From positions 128,001 to 192,000 of the forward strand of contig CBDBDQ010000005.1 of assembly GCA_965203905.1 (NCBI GenBank): a DNA stretch of 64,000 nt, read 5' to 3'. Numbering within the stretch: the first letter of the stretch is position 1; each line of letters opens with the position of its first letter. The notes under the pieces were generated by a model. It was not told the DNA's origin, made no database searches, and was given only the letters and a program-made list of their open reading frames with translations. Shown here piece by piece: positions 1 to 9,109 of the stretch. Source of the DNA: Spirochaetia bacterium. Its GTDB lineage: Bacteria > Spirochaetota > Spirochaetia > SZUA-6 > Bin103. The position numbers and the translations under genes were made by a program.

Positions 1-389
1 CGGTTCCACAGCAGGAAGCGGACCCCCGCCTCGCGCACCGCCGCCACCAGGCGGTCGCACTCGGACAGCTCGGTGGACATCGGCTTGTCCTGGATCACGT
101 GCAGCCCGGCGCGGGCGGCGCGCACGCTCAGATCGCAGTGGCGCTCCGCCTCGCTGCTCACCACCGCCACCTGCACGTCGTACTCGGCCATGGCGGCCGC
201 CACGTCGCGCACGTACGGCACGCCGTACTCGGCGGCGAACTCCGCGTTGCGCTCGTGCGCCCACTGCGGCACCTGCGGGTCGTCGGCCACCACCACCAGC
301 TCGAAGCAGGGGTGGGCGTGCACCGCGCGCGGCAGGTAGTCGTGCTTCACCGCGCTGAGCGCCGCGCAACGGTAGATCACATCACTCAT
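1..389 (-). CDS. Gfo/Idh/MocA family oxidoreductase (runs off the left window edge)
   Basis: Manual translation from ATG at 389 gives MSDVIYRCAALSAVKHDY...HCDLSVRAARAGLHVIQDKPM, with the (E/D)KP motif; the start overlaps the end of the upstream gene. Confidence 0.85.
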   Translation of the reverse strand, partial: MSDVIYRCAALSAVKHDYLPRAVHAHPCFELVVVADDPQVPQWAHERNAEFAAEYGVPYVRDVAAAMAEYDVQVAVVSSEAERHCDLSVRAARAGLHVIQDKPMSTELSECDRLVAAVREAGVRFLLWN

Positions 390-1344
390 AGCGGTCTCCC
401 TTGCGCTGCAGCACAGCGCGGGTAGCGGCGGAGGATGCAGCGGCGGCGGCCACCTGCAGGGCGGCGGCGGCATCGGCGCCGGCAACCTGTGGTGCACGCC
501 CGCCGGAGCTGGCCGCAACGAACTCTTCCAGCTCGGCCACCAGCTCCAGGCTGCCCTCGCCCGGGTCGCGGGCGGCCGCGTCGCCGCCGCCGAACACCAG
601 GTTGCGGTTGCGGTGGTCGTCGGCGTAGCCGGCGCCGGCCGATCCGATCACGGTCACCGAGCGGTAGCCGTCGCCCGGCGGCAGGTCGTCGCTGACGTCG
701 ATCAGGGCCATGCCGCCGCCCGAGAAGCCGAGGTGGATCTGCAGATAGCCGGGTTCGGCGGCACGCGCATAGACCCGATCCGGCGGCGCCCCGAACAGCC
801 AGTTGGCCAGGTCCAGGTAGGGCACGCTCAGGGCACGGCAGCGGTCGGCCGTGGAGAGGGCGGCGCCGGCCGCGTCGTCGCCGCCCCTCCAGCGGTGGGC
901 ACGCAGCAGGCCCAGGGTGCCGAAGGCGCCCGCCTCCAAGCGCTGCTTGAGCACCCACTGCGAAGGCACGAACCGCAGCGTCCCGCCGACCATGAGACAG
1001 ACGCCGGCTGCGCTGAACTCATCCGCCAGGCCGCGCACTTCCTCGGCGGCGGAGGCGGCGGGCAGCGCCAGCAGCACGTGCTTGCCATGCTGCAGGGCGG
1101 TACGGGCAGCGGCGAGGCGGGCATCGGGCGGGCCGTCCAGCAGCACCCCGTCGCACTCTGTGCCGCCGGCCAGCAGCTCACCGAGGCCGGCCGCCTGGTG
1201 GCTGGCGCCGAGCAGCTCGGCGGCGCCGCGGCGCGCGGTCGCATCCGCGTCGGCCACGGCGACGACGCGTATCTGCGGCAGTCGCCGCAGGGCATCGGCA
1301 TGGCGGGCGGCGGCTGCCGCCCCGACCAGTATGCAGTTCATCAC
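382..1344 (-). CDS. Gfo/Idh/MocA-like oxidoreductase with degenerate motifs
   Basis: Family architecture (VVAVAD, GKHVLL, LMVG..LRF), but GxGxxG is replaced by GAAAAA and EKP by ALP. Confidence 0.75.
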   Translation of the reverse strand: MMNCILVGAAAAARHADALRRLPQIRVVAVADADATARRGAAELLGASHQAAGLGELLAGGTECDGVLLDGPPDARLAAARTALQHGKHVLLALPAASAAEEVRGLADEFSAAGVCLMVGGTLRFVPSQWVLKQRLEAGAFGTLGLLRAHRWRGGDDAAGAALSTADRCRALSVPYLDLANWLFGAPPDRVYARAAEPGYLQIHLGFSGGGMALIDVSDDLPPGDGYRSVTVIGSAGAGYADDHRNRNLVFGGGDAAARDPGEGSLELVAELEEFVAASSGGRAPQVAGADAAAALQVAAAAASSAATRAVLQRKGDRYE

Positions 1345-1365
1345 TCGTTACCCGTTTCCAACGGC

Positions 1366-2412
1366 TCAGTGCCAGCCATGCTCGATGGTGATGGGCGAAC
1401 CGGTGCGCTGGTTGATCCAGCCCAGGCCGCTGTCCAGCACCACCTCGCGGCCGCTGATCGAGGAGCGCTCGGCGGCGAACAGGATCTCCATCACCTGGCG
1501 TCCCCACATCCCGTCCGAAGGCGGCTCCAGGTCCTGCTCGATTGCGGTGGCGAACGACTTCCACTCGTGGAAGAACTCCGCCGGTGGCTCGTCGAAGGGG
1601 ACATCCTCCCACTGCTCGCCGGTACCGAGGCGGACGAACTTCTCGCCGTGCTGGCTGAACTTGAGCGAGCCGTTGGCGCCGATCACGTGGCTCTCGAACG
1701 AGGGCCCGCCGTTGGCGTAGCCGCAGGACACGGCCACGCCCGCGACCCCGTTCTTGCAACGCACCAGCGCCGTCGCGGTGTCGTCGGAGGCCTGGTAGTG
1801 AGCGCGCGTTCCCACCACCGCGCTCACCGCCACCGCCTGCGAGCCCAGCAGCCACATCAGCCGGTCCACCACGTGCACGCCGTTGGCCAGCCACATGCCG
1901 CCGCCGTGGTAGCGGCTGCGGTACTGCGGGCGCCGGGTCTGCACGTTCCAGTTCTTGGACATGTAGCACACCACCGTCATCAGCGGTCCCAGCCGTCCGG
2001 AGTCAAGAATCTCCTTGGCCTTGAGGCTGGTGCCGTAGAAGTGCTGCGTGTGGCCCACCATCAGCTTGACCCGGTTGGCGTCAGCGGCGTCGATCATGGC
2101 ATCGCACTGCTCCAGGCTGAGCGCCATCGGCTTCTCCACCAGCACGTGCTTGCCCGCGTTGCAGGCATCCACCGTCAGCCGGTGGTGCAGTTGATGCCCC
2201 AGGGTGATGGCGACGGCGTCCACCTCGGGGTCCTGCAACAGCTCGGTGTGGGTCGTGTATCCCTTCGCGACCCCCCATTTATCCATGAACTCCGCGCGCT
2301 TGTCGGCGAACAGATCGGCAACCGCCACGATCTCGACGTTGTCCAACTCCGCGATGGCGGCGGCATGGGAGCGCGCGATGCCCCCCAGCCCGATGATCCC
2401 TGCTCTGATCAT
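1366..2412 (-). CDS. Gfo/Idh/MocA family oxidoreductase
   Basis: GIIGLGGIA Rossmann motif, GKHVLVEKP, GGGMWLANGVHVVD. Confidence 0.93.
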   Translation of the reverse strand: MIRAGIIGLGGIARSHAAAIAELDNVEIVAVADLFADKRAEFMDKWGVAKGYTTHTELLQDPEVDAVAITLGHQLHHRLTVDACNAGKHVLVEKPMALSLEQCDAMIDAADANRVKLMVGHTQHFYGTSLKAKEILDSGRLGPLMTVVCYMSKNWNVQTRRPQYRSRYHGGGMWLANGVHVVDRLMWLLGSQAVAVSAVVGTRAHYQASDDTATALVRCKNGVAGVAVSCGYANGGPSFESHVIGANGSLKFSQHGEKFVRLGTGEQWEDVPFDEPPAEFFHEWKSFATAIEQDLEPPSDGMWGRQVMEILFAAERSSISGREVVLDSGLGWINQRTGSPITIEHGWH

Positions 2413-2461
2413 GATGCCCGACCCTAGAGGTTAACGCGGCTCCGATCAAGCCCCGACCGCG

Positions 2462-3133
2462 GTGCTGCGGCGCACGCTACGGAATCGTGGCCACACCACT
2501 GCAGCCGTCCACTTTCCGTCCGCGATCGGCGCCCACCCGCACGCTGGATCTCACTGCCGACGAGCATGTTGCCCTTGCCCCCGGCCCGTGTCCATATTCC
2601 ATCCCTACAGCGACGGCCCCGACAACGGGAACACACGCTACGGCTGCCGCTGTCGGGCACAGCGCAGTCCTCTGGAAGTGATACGGTTCGCCGCCTCCAA
2701 CCGGCTGTGCGTCGACTTGCGCTATCGTGACCAGACGCGACGCATTGAACCCTACTCCCTTCGGCGCAGTGCCGAAGGCAACATCATCCTCCACGCTCAT
2801 GACATGCTCAGGAACGCTCACCGCAGCTACCGCGTCGACCGCATTCAGGGTGCCAGGATCACAAGCCTGACCTTCGCACCTCGTCACGCTGTCGAACTCA
2901 GCTCGATTGGGCCTTTGATCGTCGAGCCTACCGCAAGCCGCTCGATCGGACTCTCACCCAGAGTCATGAGTCCAAGATCGTCCAACCGCAACAGCGGCCA
3001 TCGTTATGTCTATCAGTGCCCGGTCTGCGGGAAACGGTTCTATCGCACCCGTCGCAGTTCATCCAGGAGGATGCACAAGGACACGTTCGGGTACCGATGC
3101 TCCGGTCGACCTTTCTACGTGGGTATGGGTTGA
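2462..3133 (+). pseudogene. WYL-domain plus C-terminal Zn-finger fragment (probable remnant of a larger gene)
   Basis: LEVIRFAASNRLCVDLRY...RRIEPYSL...RSYRVDRIQ is WYL-like; CPVC..H..C at the C-terminus; the first ~65 codons look non-homologous and there is no convincing start. Confidence 0.65.
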
Positions 3134-3229
3134 ACGGATGGTCGCTGTCATCACCTCGTCGAACATGCGATCAGCGGGAAGAGATGACGTCCCTGCTTGA
3201 GCAGTCGTGCGTAGCGGTTATCAGCTGAT

Positions 3230-4939
3230 TCAGACGGAATCGACTCGCCACAGGTGCACGGCGCGCGCCGCGAGTCGCATCTGGCGCGCCTCCAGGAGCT
3301 CCGGCGTCCACTGCTCCGGCGCCATTCCGGGGATTTCCCTGCTGAGGGCATACTTGCTCTCGCCATACGCGGCCAGCTTGTCGCGATACGTGGCGTTGCC
3401 GATCCTCCGATTAGTGGCCGCTTCGAGCAGCGTGAGGTTGCCGATCCGGTATACCGAGGCATCCCAACGTGCGTGATCGAAATCTTCGTCCCATTCGTCC
3501 GCCGGGTTCTCGGGCAGGATGTGCTCGATGGTGCCGGGGTCGGTGTCGGGGTCGCATGCCCGACCGGATGCATCCTCCTCCAACCGCGCCAGGATGTACT
3601 TGGCCAACTTTCTCTTGCGGCCGCCTGTTCCCACCTCCAGGCCGGCAAAGTCCTGCCGCATCTTCGCGTCGTCGACGTAGATCGGCTTCAGACGCTCGAA
3701 CACTGCGCTGGGAGTCGTCGCCACTCGATCACTGACCGCCTTGGCGGCGTGGTGGAACGCGGCCTCCAGGACGCTGGGATTGAGGCCGCTGACCACGGTG
3801 TAACGGAAGCTCACCACGCTGACGATTCGCAGCACCCGGACAAAGTTCTCCGGTGAGAACGACTCCCAGGCGGTGAACAGCAGCGGCATCATCTGGCGGA
3901 CGCGGAACAGATCGAATTCACGGACGTGGTTGCGGGCCTCTCGCGACCCGACCCAATAGTGGTGGTTGGGATCGGCGACCGCGACGAACAACTCGGCGCG
4001 TCCCTCCAACTCGCCGAGCAGCGCAAACACGTGGTCAGGGGTGGTCGTGCGCTGCCTTACCAGCTTGAACAGCCGCTGGCTGCGCACCCTGGGCAACTCG
4101 CAGAGCACATGGTAACGGAGCAACTCCGGAAACCGCTCCTGCTCGACGGTGTCCATGAGTGATCGCCAGCGGCGCTGCAATGCCTCCAGGTCGGCGGCGA
4201 CGCGAATGCGCGAGAACAGGTGGTTCTTGAGCAGATCCGTGGTGGTCAGCTCCAGGCCGCGGGCATTGAGCGTCTCGAACACGGTGTAGGCGTTCAACTC
4301 GTCGTCGACGGTGATCAGTATGAACAGCAGTTGCCGCGCCACCGTCTCGGAGAGGAGACTCGCAACCGCTCTGCCGTCGTGCCGCAGGTCGGGCAACTCG
4401 TCCAGGCGGTTGTCGAAGGTCTGCAGGCACTGCCAGAGGAGCCGATTGGACTTCGGCAAGCGCCTGGGATTCCGCGGTTCCCGGATCTGGACCAGGTAGT
4501 CCTGGTAGAAGCCGTCGTCGGTTTCGTTCAGGTACAGCCGACTGCTCTCGGTGAGAGATGCGGGGTCTTTTTCGCCGATGAAACGGTTGCGCAACTCCCG
4601 CGCCCGTTCGCTGTTGGCTTCGGTCGCGATCCCCTCGCCGGCCATGGCATGCAAACGCGCGATGACAGCGAGCGCGAGCACACTGAGCGTGGCGAGGCGC
4701 TGCTGACCGTCGATGATCAGAAACTCGCGGTCGCCCCGCTCCTCGATCACCAGGGCACCGAGATAGTGGCGCTCCTCCGGATCTGCGCGCAGATCGACGA
4801 GGTCGTTCCACAGATCTTCCCATTGCTCCTCGGACCAGGAGTAATCTCGCTGATAGGGCGGCACGCGATAGTGCTTGCCATTGCCGATCAACTCCAGGTA
4901 GTTGATCGTACGCGTATTCAATACGTTGCTGCGTGCCAT
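3230..4939 (-). CDS. DUF262-DUF1524 (GmrSD-family) modification-dependent restriction endonuclease
   Basis: VPPYQRDYSW, IIDGQQRL and FETLNARG (DUF262); IEHILP...IGNLTLL...N (HNH-type DUF1524). Confidence 0.92.
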   Translation of the reverse strand: MARSNVLNTRTINYLELIGNGKHYRVPPYQRDYSWSEEQWEDLWNDLVDLRADPEERHYLGALVIEERGDREFLIIDGQQRLATLSVLALAVIARLHAMAGEGIATEANSERARELRNRFIGEKDPASLTESSRLYLNETDDGFYQDYLVQIREPRNPRRLPKSNRLLWQCLQTFDNRLDELPDLRHDGRAVASLLSETVARQLLFILITVDDELNAYTVFETLNARGLELTTTDLLKNHLFSRIRVAADLEALQRRWRSLMDTVEQERFPELLRYHVLCELPRVRSQRLFKLVRQRTTTPDHVFALLGELEGRAELFVAVADPNHHYWVGSREARNHVREFDLFRVRQMMPLLFTAWESFSPENFVRVLRIVSVVSFRYTVVSGLNPSVLEAAFHHAAKAVSDRVATTPSAVFERLKPIYVDDAKMRQDFAGLEVGTGGRKRKLAKYILARLEEDASGRACDPDTDPGTIEHILPENPADEWDEDFDHARWDASVYRIGNLTLLEAATNRRIGNATYRDKLAAYGESKYALSREIPGMAPEQWTPELLEARQMRLAARAVHLWRVDSV

Positions 4940-4973
4940 CGTCGCGGATCCGGCTGAGCTCGCGTCGCCGCGG

Positions 4974-6407
4974 TCAGTCCTGCTGTTGGGACGGGTCCCA
5001 GCGCGTCGACTCCAGGTAGGCGAGCAGCTCGCCCCGTGCGCGCGGAGTACCCAACCGGCGCAGGCCGAGCACCGAGTAGCCGCGCACGTAGTGGCTGGGA
5101 TCGCCGAGCCCGGCGGCGAGAGCCGCAGTCACTTGGTCGGCCGCCGTCCCCGCTGCCGCTCCGACGCGCGCCAGCGACAGCGCGGCATTGCGCCGCACCA
5201 CCTCGTTTTCGTCCTCCAACGCGGAGGCCAGCGCGGTGGCGACCGAAGCGGCATCCGCGGCATCGGCGTACACGGTACCAAGGGCGTCGGCGGCGTGGCC
5301 GCGAACCAGCTCGGACTCGTCTCCCAGCGCGGCGATCAACGCCGCTTCGGCGCCGGCGGCAGGCGGACCGACGTCACCCAGCGTGTCGACGGCGCGCGCG
5401 CGCACCTCGGCGGCGCCATCCGTCAGCATACCGCCGAGCGCCGGCACAGCCGCGGCGCCCAGTGGTGCGAAGCCATAGGCCGCGTTGAGCCGTACCCGCT
5501 CGTCGCCGCTCTGCAACGCCTCGGCGAGCGGGACGCCGGCGGCCGCGCCGCGGTTGCCCAACGCGTGCGCGGCGTCCAGGGCAACCGGCTCATCGACTGC
5601 GGCAAGTCGGTGCACCAGATTCGCCAGCCGACCGTCGGCAGGGGCCGGTGCCGCATGCTCGTTCGTACCCAGATGCCACCGCCACTGATAGTCCCACACA
5701 CCGCGCAGCATCGGACGCTCGCCGTCGGCGGCGGCGCCGTTGCGCTCCCACAGCGGTGCGTCGGAGGCCGGCTCGTGGCGCCAACTCGGGCGCACGGGAT
5801 CGGCCATCCGCGTGAACAGGAACTTGACCATGTAGCGGGTGCGGTCGCCGGTCAGGTAACCGGTGGCGCGGTGCCAGATGTCGTAGTGCACGATCACCAC
5901 CGTGCCTGCCTCGCCGGTGAGGTGGATCTCATCCTCCTCCCCCTGCCGCTGGTTCAGGTAGTGGCTGCGCGGCACGACCGCGGTCGGTCCCATCGCCTCG
6001 TCGGTGTCCTGCGGGTAGTAGAACGCCATCGCCCAGCGCGCGTGATGGTGCCGGCGATTGCCGTCCACGGCGAAGCGGCTGTTGCCGAGGCTGTCCTTGT
6101 GCAGCCTCTGCGGCTCGGTCCCGGGGGAACGGTCGTGGCAGTGGCGGTGCATGTGCAGGTAGTAGCCGTCGCCCAGGATGCTGGCCAGCGCGCCGGTCAC
6201 CCGAGGGTGCCCGAACACCCGCTGCAGCTCCGGCACCTCCGGCAGGATGTTGTTACGCGGATTCCCCGTTCGCTCCAGCACCGTGCCGATGCGGTCGTAC
6301 ACCCGCTGGTGAAACGCCGCCGGCAGATCGGGCCGCACGGTGAGATAGCCGTCGATCAGAAACCGCTGCAGCTCAGCGTCGGTCAGCCGGTAACCGGTGT
6401 TGTCCAT
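4974..6407 (-). CDS. Phytanoyl-CoA dioxygenase (PhyH)-family Fe/2OG dioxygenase fused to HEAT repeats
   Basis: FLIDGYL, HKD (HxD), GPTAVVPRSH and WHRA; C-terminal repeats VRARAVDTLG, VRGHAADALG, VRRNAALSL. Confidence 0.88.
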   Translation of the reverse strand: MDNTGYRLTDAELQRFLIDGYLTVRPDLPAAFHQRVYDRIGTVLERTGNPRNNILPEVPELQRVFGHPRVTGALASILGDGYYLHMHRHCHDRSPGTEPQRLHKDSLGNSRFAVDGNRRHHHARWAMAFYYPQDTDEAMGPTAVVPRSHYLNQRQGEEDEIHLTGEAGTVVIVHYDIWHRATGYLTGDRTRYMVKFLFTRMADPVRPSWRHEPASDAPLWERNGAAADGERPMLRGVWDYQWRWHLGTNEHAAPAPADGRLANLVHRLAAVDEPVALDAAHALGNRGAAAGVPLAEALQSGDERVRLNAAYGFAPLGAAAVPALGGMLTDGAAEVRARAVDTLGDVGPPAAGAEAALIAALGDESELVRGHAADALGTVYADAADAASVATALASALEDENEVVRRNAALSLARVGAAAGTAADQVTAALAAGLGDPSHYVRGYSVLGLRRLGTPRARGELLAYLESTRWDPSQQQD

Positions 6408-6428
6408 ATCTTCTCCTGCTCCGGCCAG

Positions 6429-7763
6429 TCACAGGCCGGCATTCACCACGGCGTCCGCGATCCGCTCGGAATGCACTATCCAGCGTGGCCAGAATGGATC
6501 GTGTCCTGCCAGAACCCGTTCCAGCTCGCGCTGTATCTCATCCCTGCTTCTGAGGCCTTCGGGGAGTCCTTCCGTATCGTCCCGCATGAGCGCCTCGGCC
6601 GCTTCGATAGCGCGCTCCGCGTCCACTGATCGTCCCTGCCGCAGCCCGAATGTGTCCGATACCAGCCAGTTGATGACATCCCCCTGCTTTGCCCAGCACA
6701 CCTCGTCGAGGTGGACCTGACCGTCACGCAAGTCGAGATGGAACAGCCGGTCGCGCTCTTCGTCGAAGAGCGGCTCCAACGAAGCCAGCACCAGAGGTGA
6801 ATGGGTGGCGGCCAGGAGTTGAACCACGGGACTGTGAGCGTCGGGCAGTATGTCCATTACCTTGAGTACCTTGAGCACGGCGGGCACGACGGCCCGCTGC
6901 CAGCGCGGATGAAGATGCGCCTCGATTTCGTCGAACAACAGCACGATTTGGTGAGTGCTCTTCAGTCCGAGTTGCATTGCGGCGCGGAGGTGCTCGCTCC
7001 ACGACCACACCAGCATGTAGGCGAGTGAGGCGATGCGGCGCACCCCTGCGGATGCATGCACAATGGGTATCGAGTCGGAGTATTCCGTCCCGATCGAGGG
7101 GATATCCTGCACATCGTTGACAGAGAGGCGCACAATCGGTCCGACTTTCAGCGGTTCCCCCCGGACGGTCAGGGTGCCGAGCACCCGCGTCATGAGATCC
7201 GCTTCCGTGCCCCGCTCCCTGATCCAGCTCGACCAGTCGTCGAGCAGGCCCCGGCACACTCGGGTCTGGCTGCCGTTGATGGACACCGCCAGTCCCTTCC
7301 ACACCTCCTGTGGTGAAAACACGTATCCGGGAACCTGATCCTGAACGTCGAGGTTGCCTTGTGTCTGCCAGAAGTTCCGCGCCGGATCCCACACCGAGAA
7401 GCCGCCATCGGCGTGAGCGTAGACTACAAGTGCCTCGCTATACGGTCGTTGCCGTGGCCCGGGCCAGCCTTCCTGCCGCGCGGAGTAAACGCTCGCGTAG
7501 CTGCGACTGCCACCCGCTACGGTGCGTATGGTAAAGCGCAACGTTGCGCGCGCTCCGACGTTGGTCGGCCGTGCCGCGTAACCGGCAGTGAGGTTCCGAT
7601 TCAGGTCGCGGGGCCACTTGCGAGTCAGGGCCCACCAGGCAACGTCGAGCAGGAAACTCTTGCCGAGCCCGTTGTCTCCGGTGATCAGGTTGATCCGGCG
7701 AGCCAGCTCCAGTGTCATCGCGGGCGCCGGGCCGACGTTGGCAAGCTCCAGCCGTTCAAGCAT
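6429..7763 (-). CDS. AAA_21/ABC-type ATPase (PtuA/OLD-like, defence-associated)
   Basis: Start MLERLELANVGP; Walker A GDNGLGKS; signature-like ASAGVRR; Walker B/D-loop LLFDEIEAHLHPRWQ; H-loop ATHSP. Confidence 0.88.
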   Translation of the reverse strand: MLERLELANVGPAPAMTLELARRINLITGDNGLGKSFLLDVAWWALTRKWPRDLNRNLTAGYAARPTNVGARATLRFTIRTVAGGSRSYASVYSARQEGWPGPRQRPYSEALVVYAHADGGFSVWDPARNFWQTQGNLDVQDQVPGYVFSPQEVWKGLAVSINGSQTRVCRGLLDDWSSWIRERGTEADLMTRVLGTLTVRGEPLKVGPIVRLSVNDVQDIPSIGTEYSDSIPIVHASAGVRRIASLAYMLVWSWSEHLRAAMQLGLKSTHQIVLLFDEIEAHLHPRWQRAVVPAVLKVLKVMDILPDAHSPVVQLLAATHSPLVLASLEPLFDEERDRLFHLDLRDGQVHLDEVCWAKQGDVINWLVSDTFGLRQGRSVDAERAIEAAEALMRDDTEGLPEGLRSRDEIQRELERVLAGHDPFWPRWIVHSERIADAVVNAGL

Positions 7764-7772
7764 TCGATACAG

Positions 7773-7801
7773 ACGATACCTGCCGGTAGTGCGCAACGCA
7801 A
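7773..7801 (-). promoter_or_regulatory. Putative sigma70 promoter of the AAA ATPase
   Basis: Minus strand TTGCGT-17 nt-TATCGT, ending 9 nt before the ATG at 7763. Confidence 0.55.
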
Positions 7802-7860
7802 CACACCGGTAGTCGGCTGCACGGCGTGCCACAGAGGATCCGGAAAACGCGCCGACAGGA

Positions 7861-7893
7861 ACCACCGCCACGTTCCGCGTTAGTGGCGGTGGT
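7861..7893. repeat. Perfect 11-bp inverted repeat (hairpin)
   Basis: ACCACCGCCAC (7861-7871), 11-nt loop, GTGGCGGTGGT (7883-7893). Confidence 0.8.
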
Positions 7894-7982
7894 GGATCAC
7901 CAGGGCGAATCGAACCCCAGGTGGTGCGTGGTCGCTGGTGGTGGCGCGGGACCACCTGTCCCGTCAGGTCGACTCCGCCGCT

Positions 7983-8880
7983 CTACGCCACCGCGGCGCT
8001 GAACACCAGCTCCCAGCCGTGGAACACCACCGCCAGGCCGGTGAACCGCACCCCCGGAAACTCCCGCGCCAGGCGCTCGTCGGCCAGATAACGCCGCAAC
8101 TGCGCGGTGGCTGCGCCGGCCACCGCCGCGACGCCCGCCTCGTCCGCCGGAGCGCTGCGCGCCAGGTACTTCAGCTCGATCAGATAGCCGCGCCGCAACT
8201 GCGGATAGCGGGCGACCAGCGGTTCCAGCGCGATGTCCGCGTGGCCCTTTCCCAGCTCCGCCTCCGAGCGGAACACGTAGTAGTCGGCCACGCTCAGGTA
8301 GGCCGCCAGGAACCCCAGCGCCCCGGCACGGGGCGCCATGACCTTCTCGCCGCCGATGTAGTCGCGGATCGCCGTCTGCGCCGCGATCGCTTCGCTCAGG
8401 AACTCCAGCACCGGCCGCCACTCACCCTCGGTGGCCATGCGCAACATCAGTTGCTCGAACCGGTACAGGTCGACCGCAAACACGCCCACGTCCTGATAGC
8501 CGTCGCAGCGTCCCCCGCAGCTCCGTGTGGCAATGCCCCTCGAAGCGTTGCTCCAGGGTCTCCAGCTAGTCGCTGACCATCGAGAAGTTGAAGCGCAGGG
8601 TGACGTAGCGGCTCTGTTCCCCGGTCGGTCTCCGCCCGATGTCGGTGCCGGCAAAGGTGGCGTCGAAGTCGCCGGCCCAGAAGCGGTCGTAGTAGTTCTC
8701 CAGCAGCGACACCCACACGGTCTTGCCGAACCGCCGGGGGCGGATCAGGAAGGCGTAGTGCTCCTGCTCCAGACGCCGCAGGAAGCGGGTCTTGTCCACG
8801 TACAGCCACCGGTTCAGGCGGATGCGCCGGAAGTCGCCTTGGCCATAGGGTATGTGCGGGTACGCGGGAGCCTCGTCCAC
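7983..8880 (-). pseudogene. AAA-ATPase-like / PD-(D/E)XK nuclease (PF09820+PF08011-type) pseudogene with internal deletion
   Basis: N-terminal IPYGQGDF..YVDKT..RPRRFGKT; in-frame TAG at 8566-8568; frame switch near 8505; C-terminal EAELGKGHADI...LIELKY; about half the usual length. Confidence 0.85.
8318..8336. repeat. 19-nt palindromic element GCGCCCC-GGCAC-GGGGCGC inside coding sequence
   Basis: Directly visible; encodes APRAGA within the GEKV-M...GFLAAYL motif. Confidence 0.7.
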
Positions 8881-9109
8881 TTGCAGACCGTGCCGCCGAC
8901 ACTCTATCGCCCGTGCGACGGCCCCTCAAGCTCAGATCGGGTCCACGACGCACGCGGTTGCGAAGCGTCCCGCTGCTCGACCCTTATGGCTATGCCGTGC
9001 TCGGCGACGGCGGTCCTGGCTGTCGGCGGCCAGCCTCAGCGCGCGTGGCCGCCTCGCACTCGCTCGCGGACCTGTGCAGCGCGACGGGGTTCGGGATAGG
9101 GTGGTTGCG

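Noticed and set aside
613-2427. 604-aa ORF and the many other long Arg/Ala/Gly/Pro-rich overlapping ORFs in the track
   Set aside because: Shadow frames of genes that have clear motifs in another frame or on the other strand.
6429-7983. Retron (ATPase plus upstream hairpins)
   Set aside because: No reverse transcriptase (YxDD) gene is present in the window.
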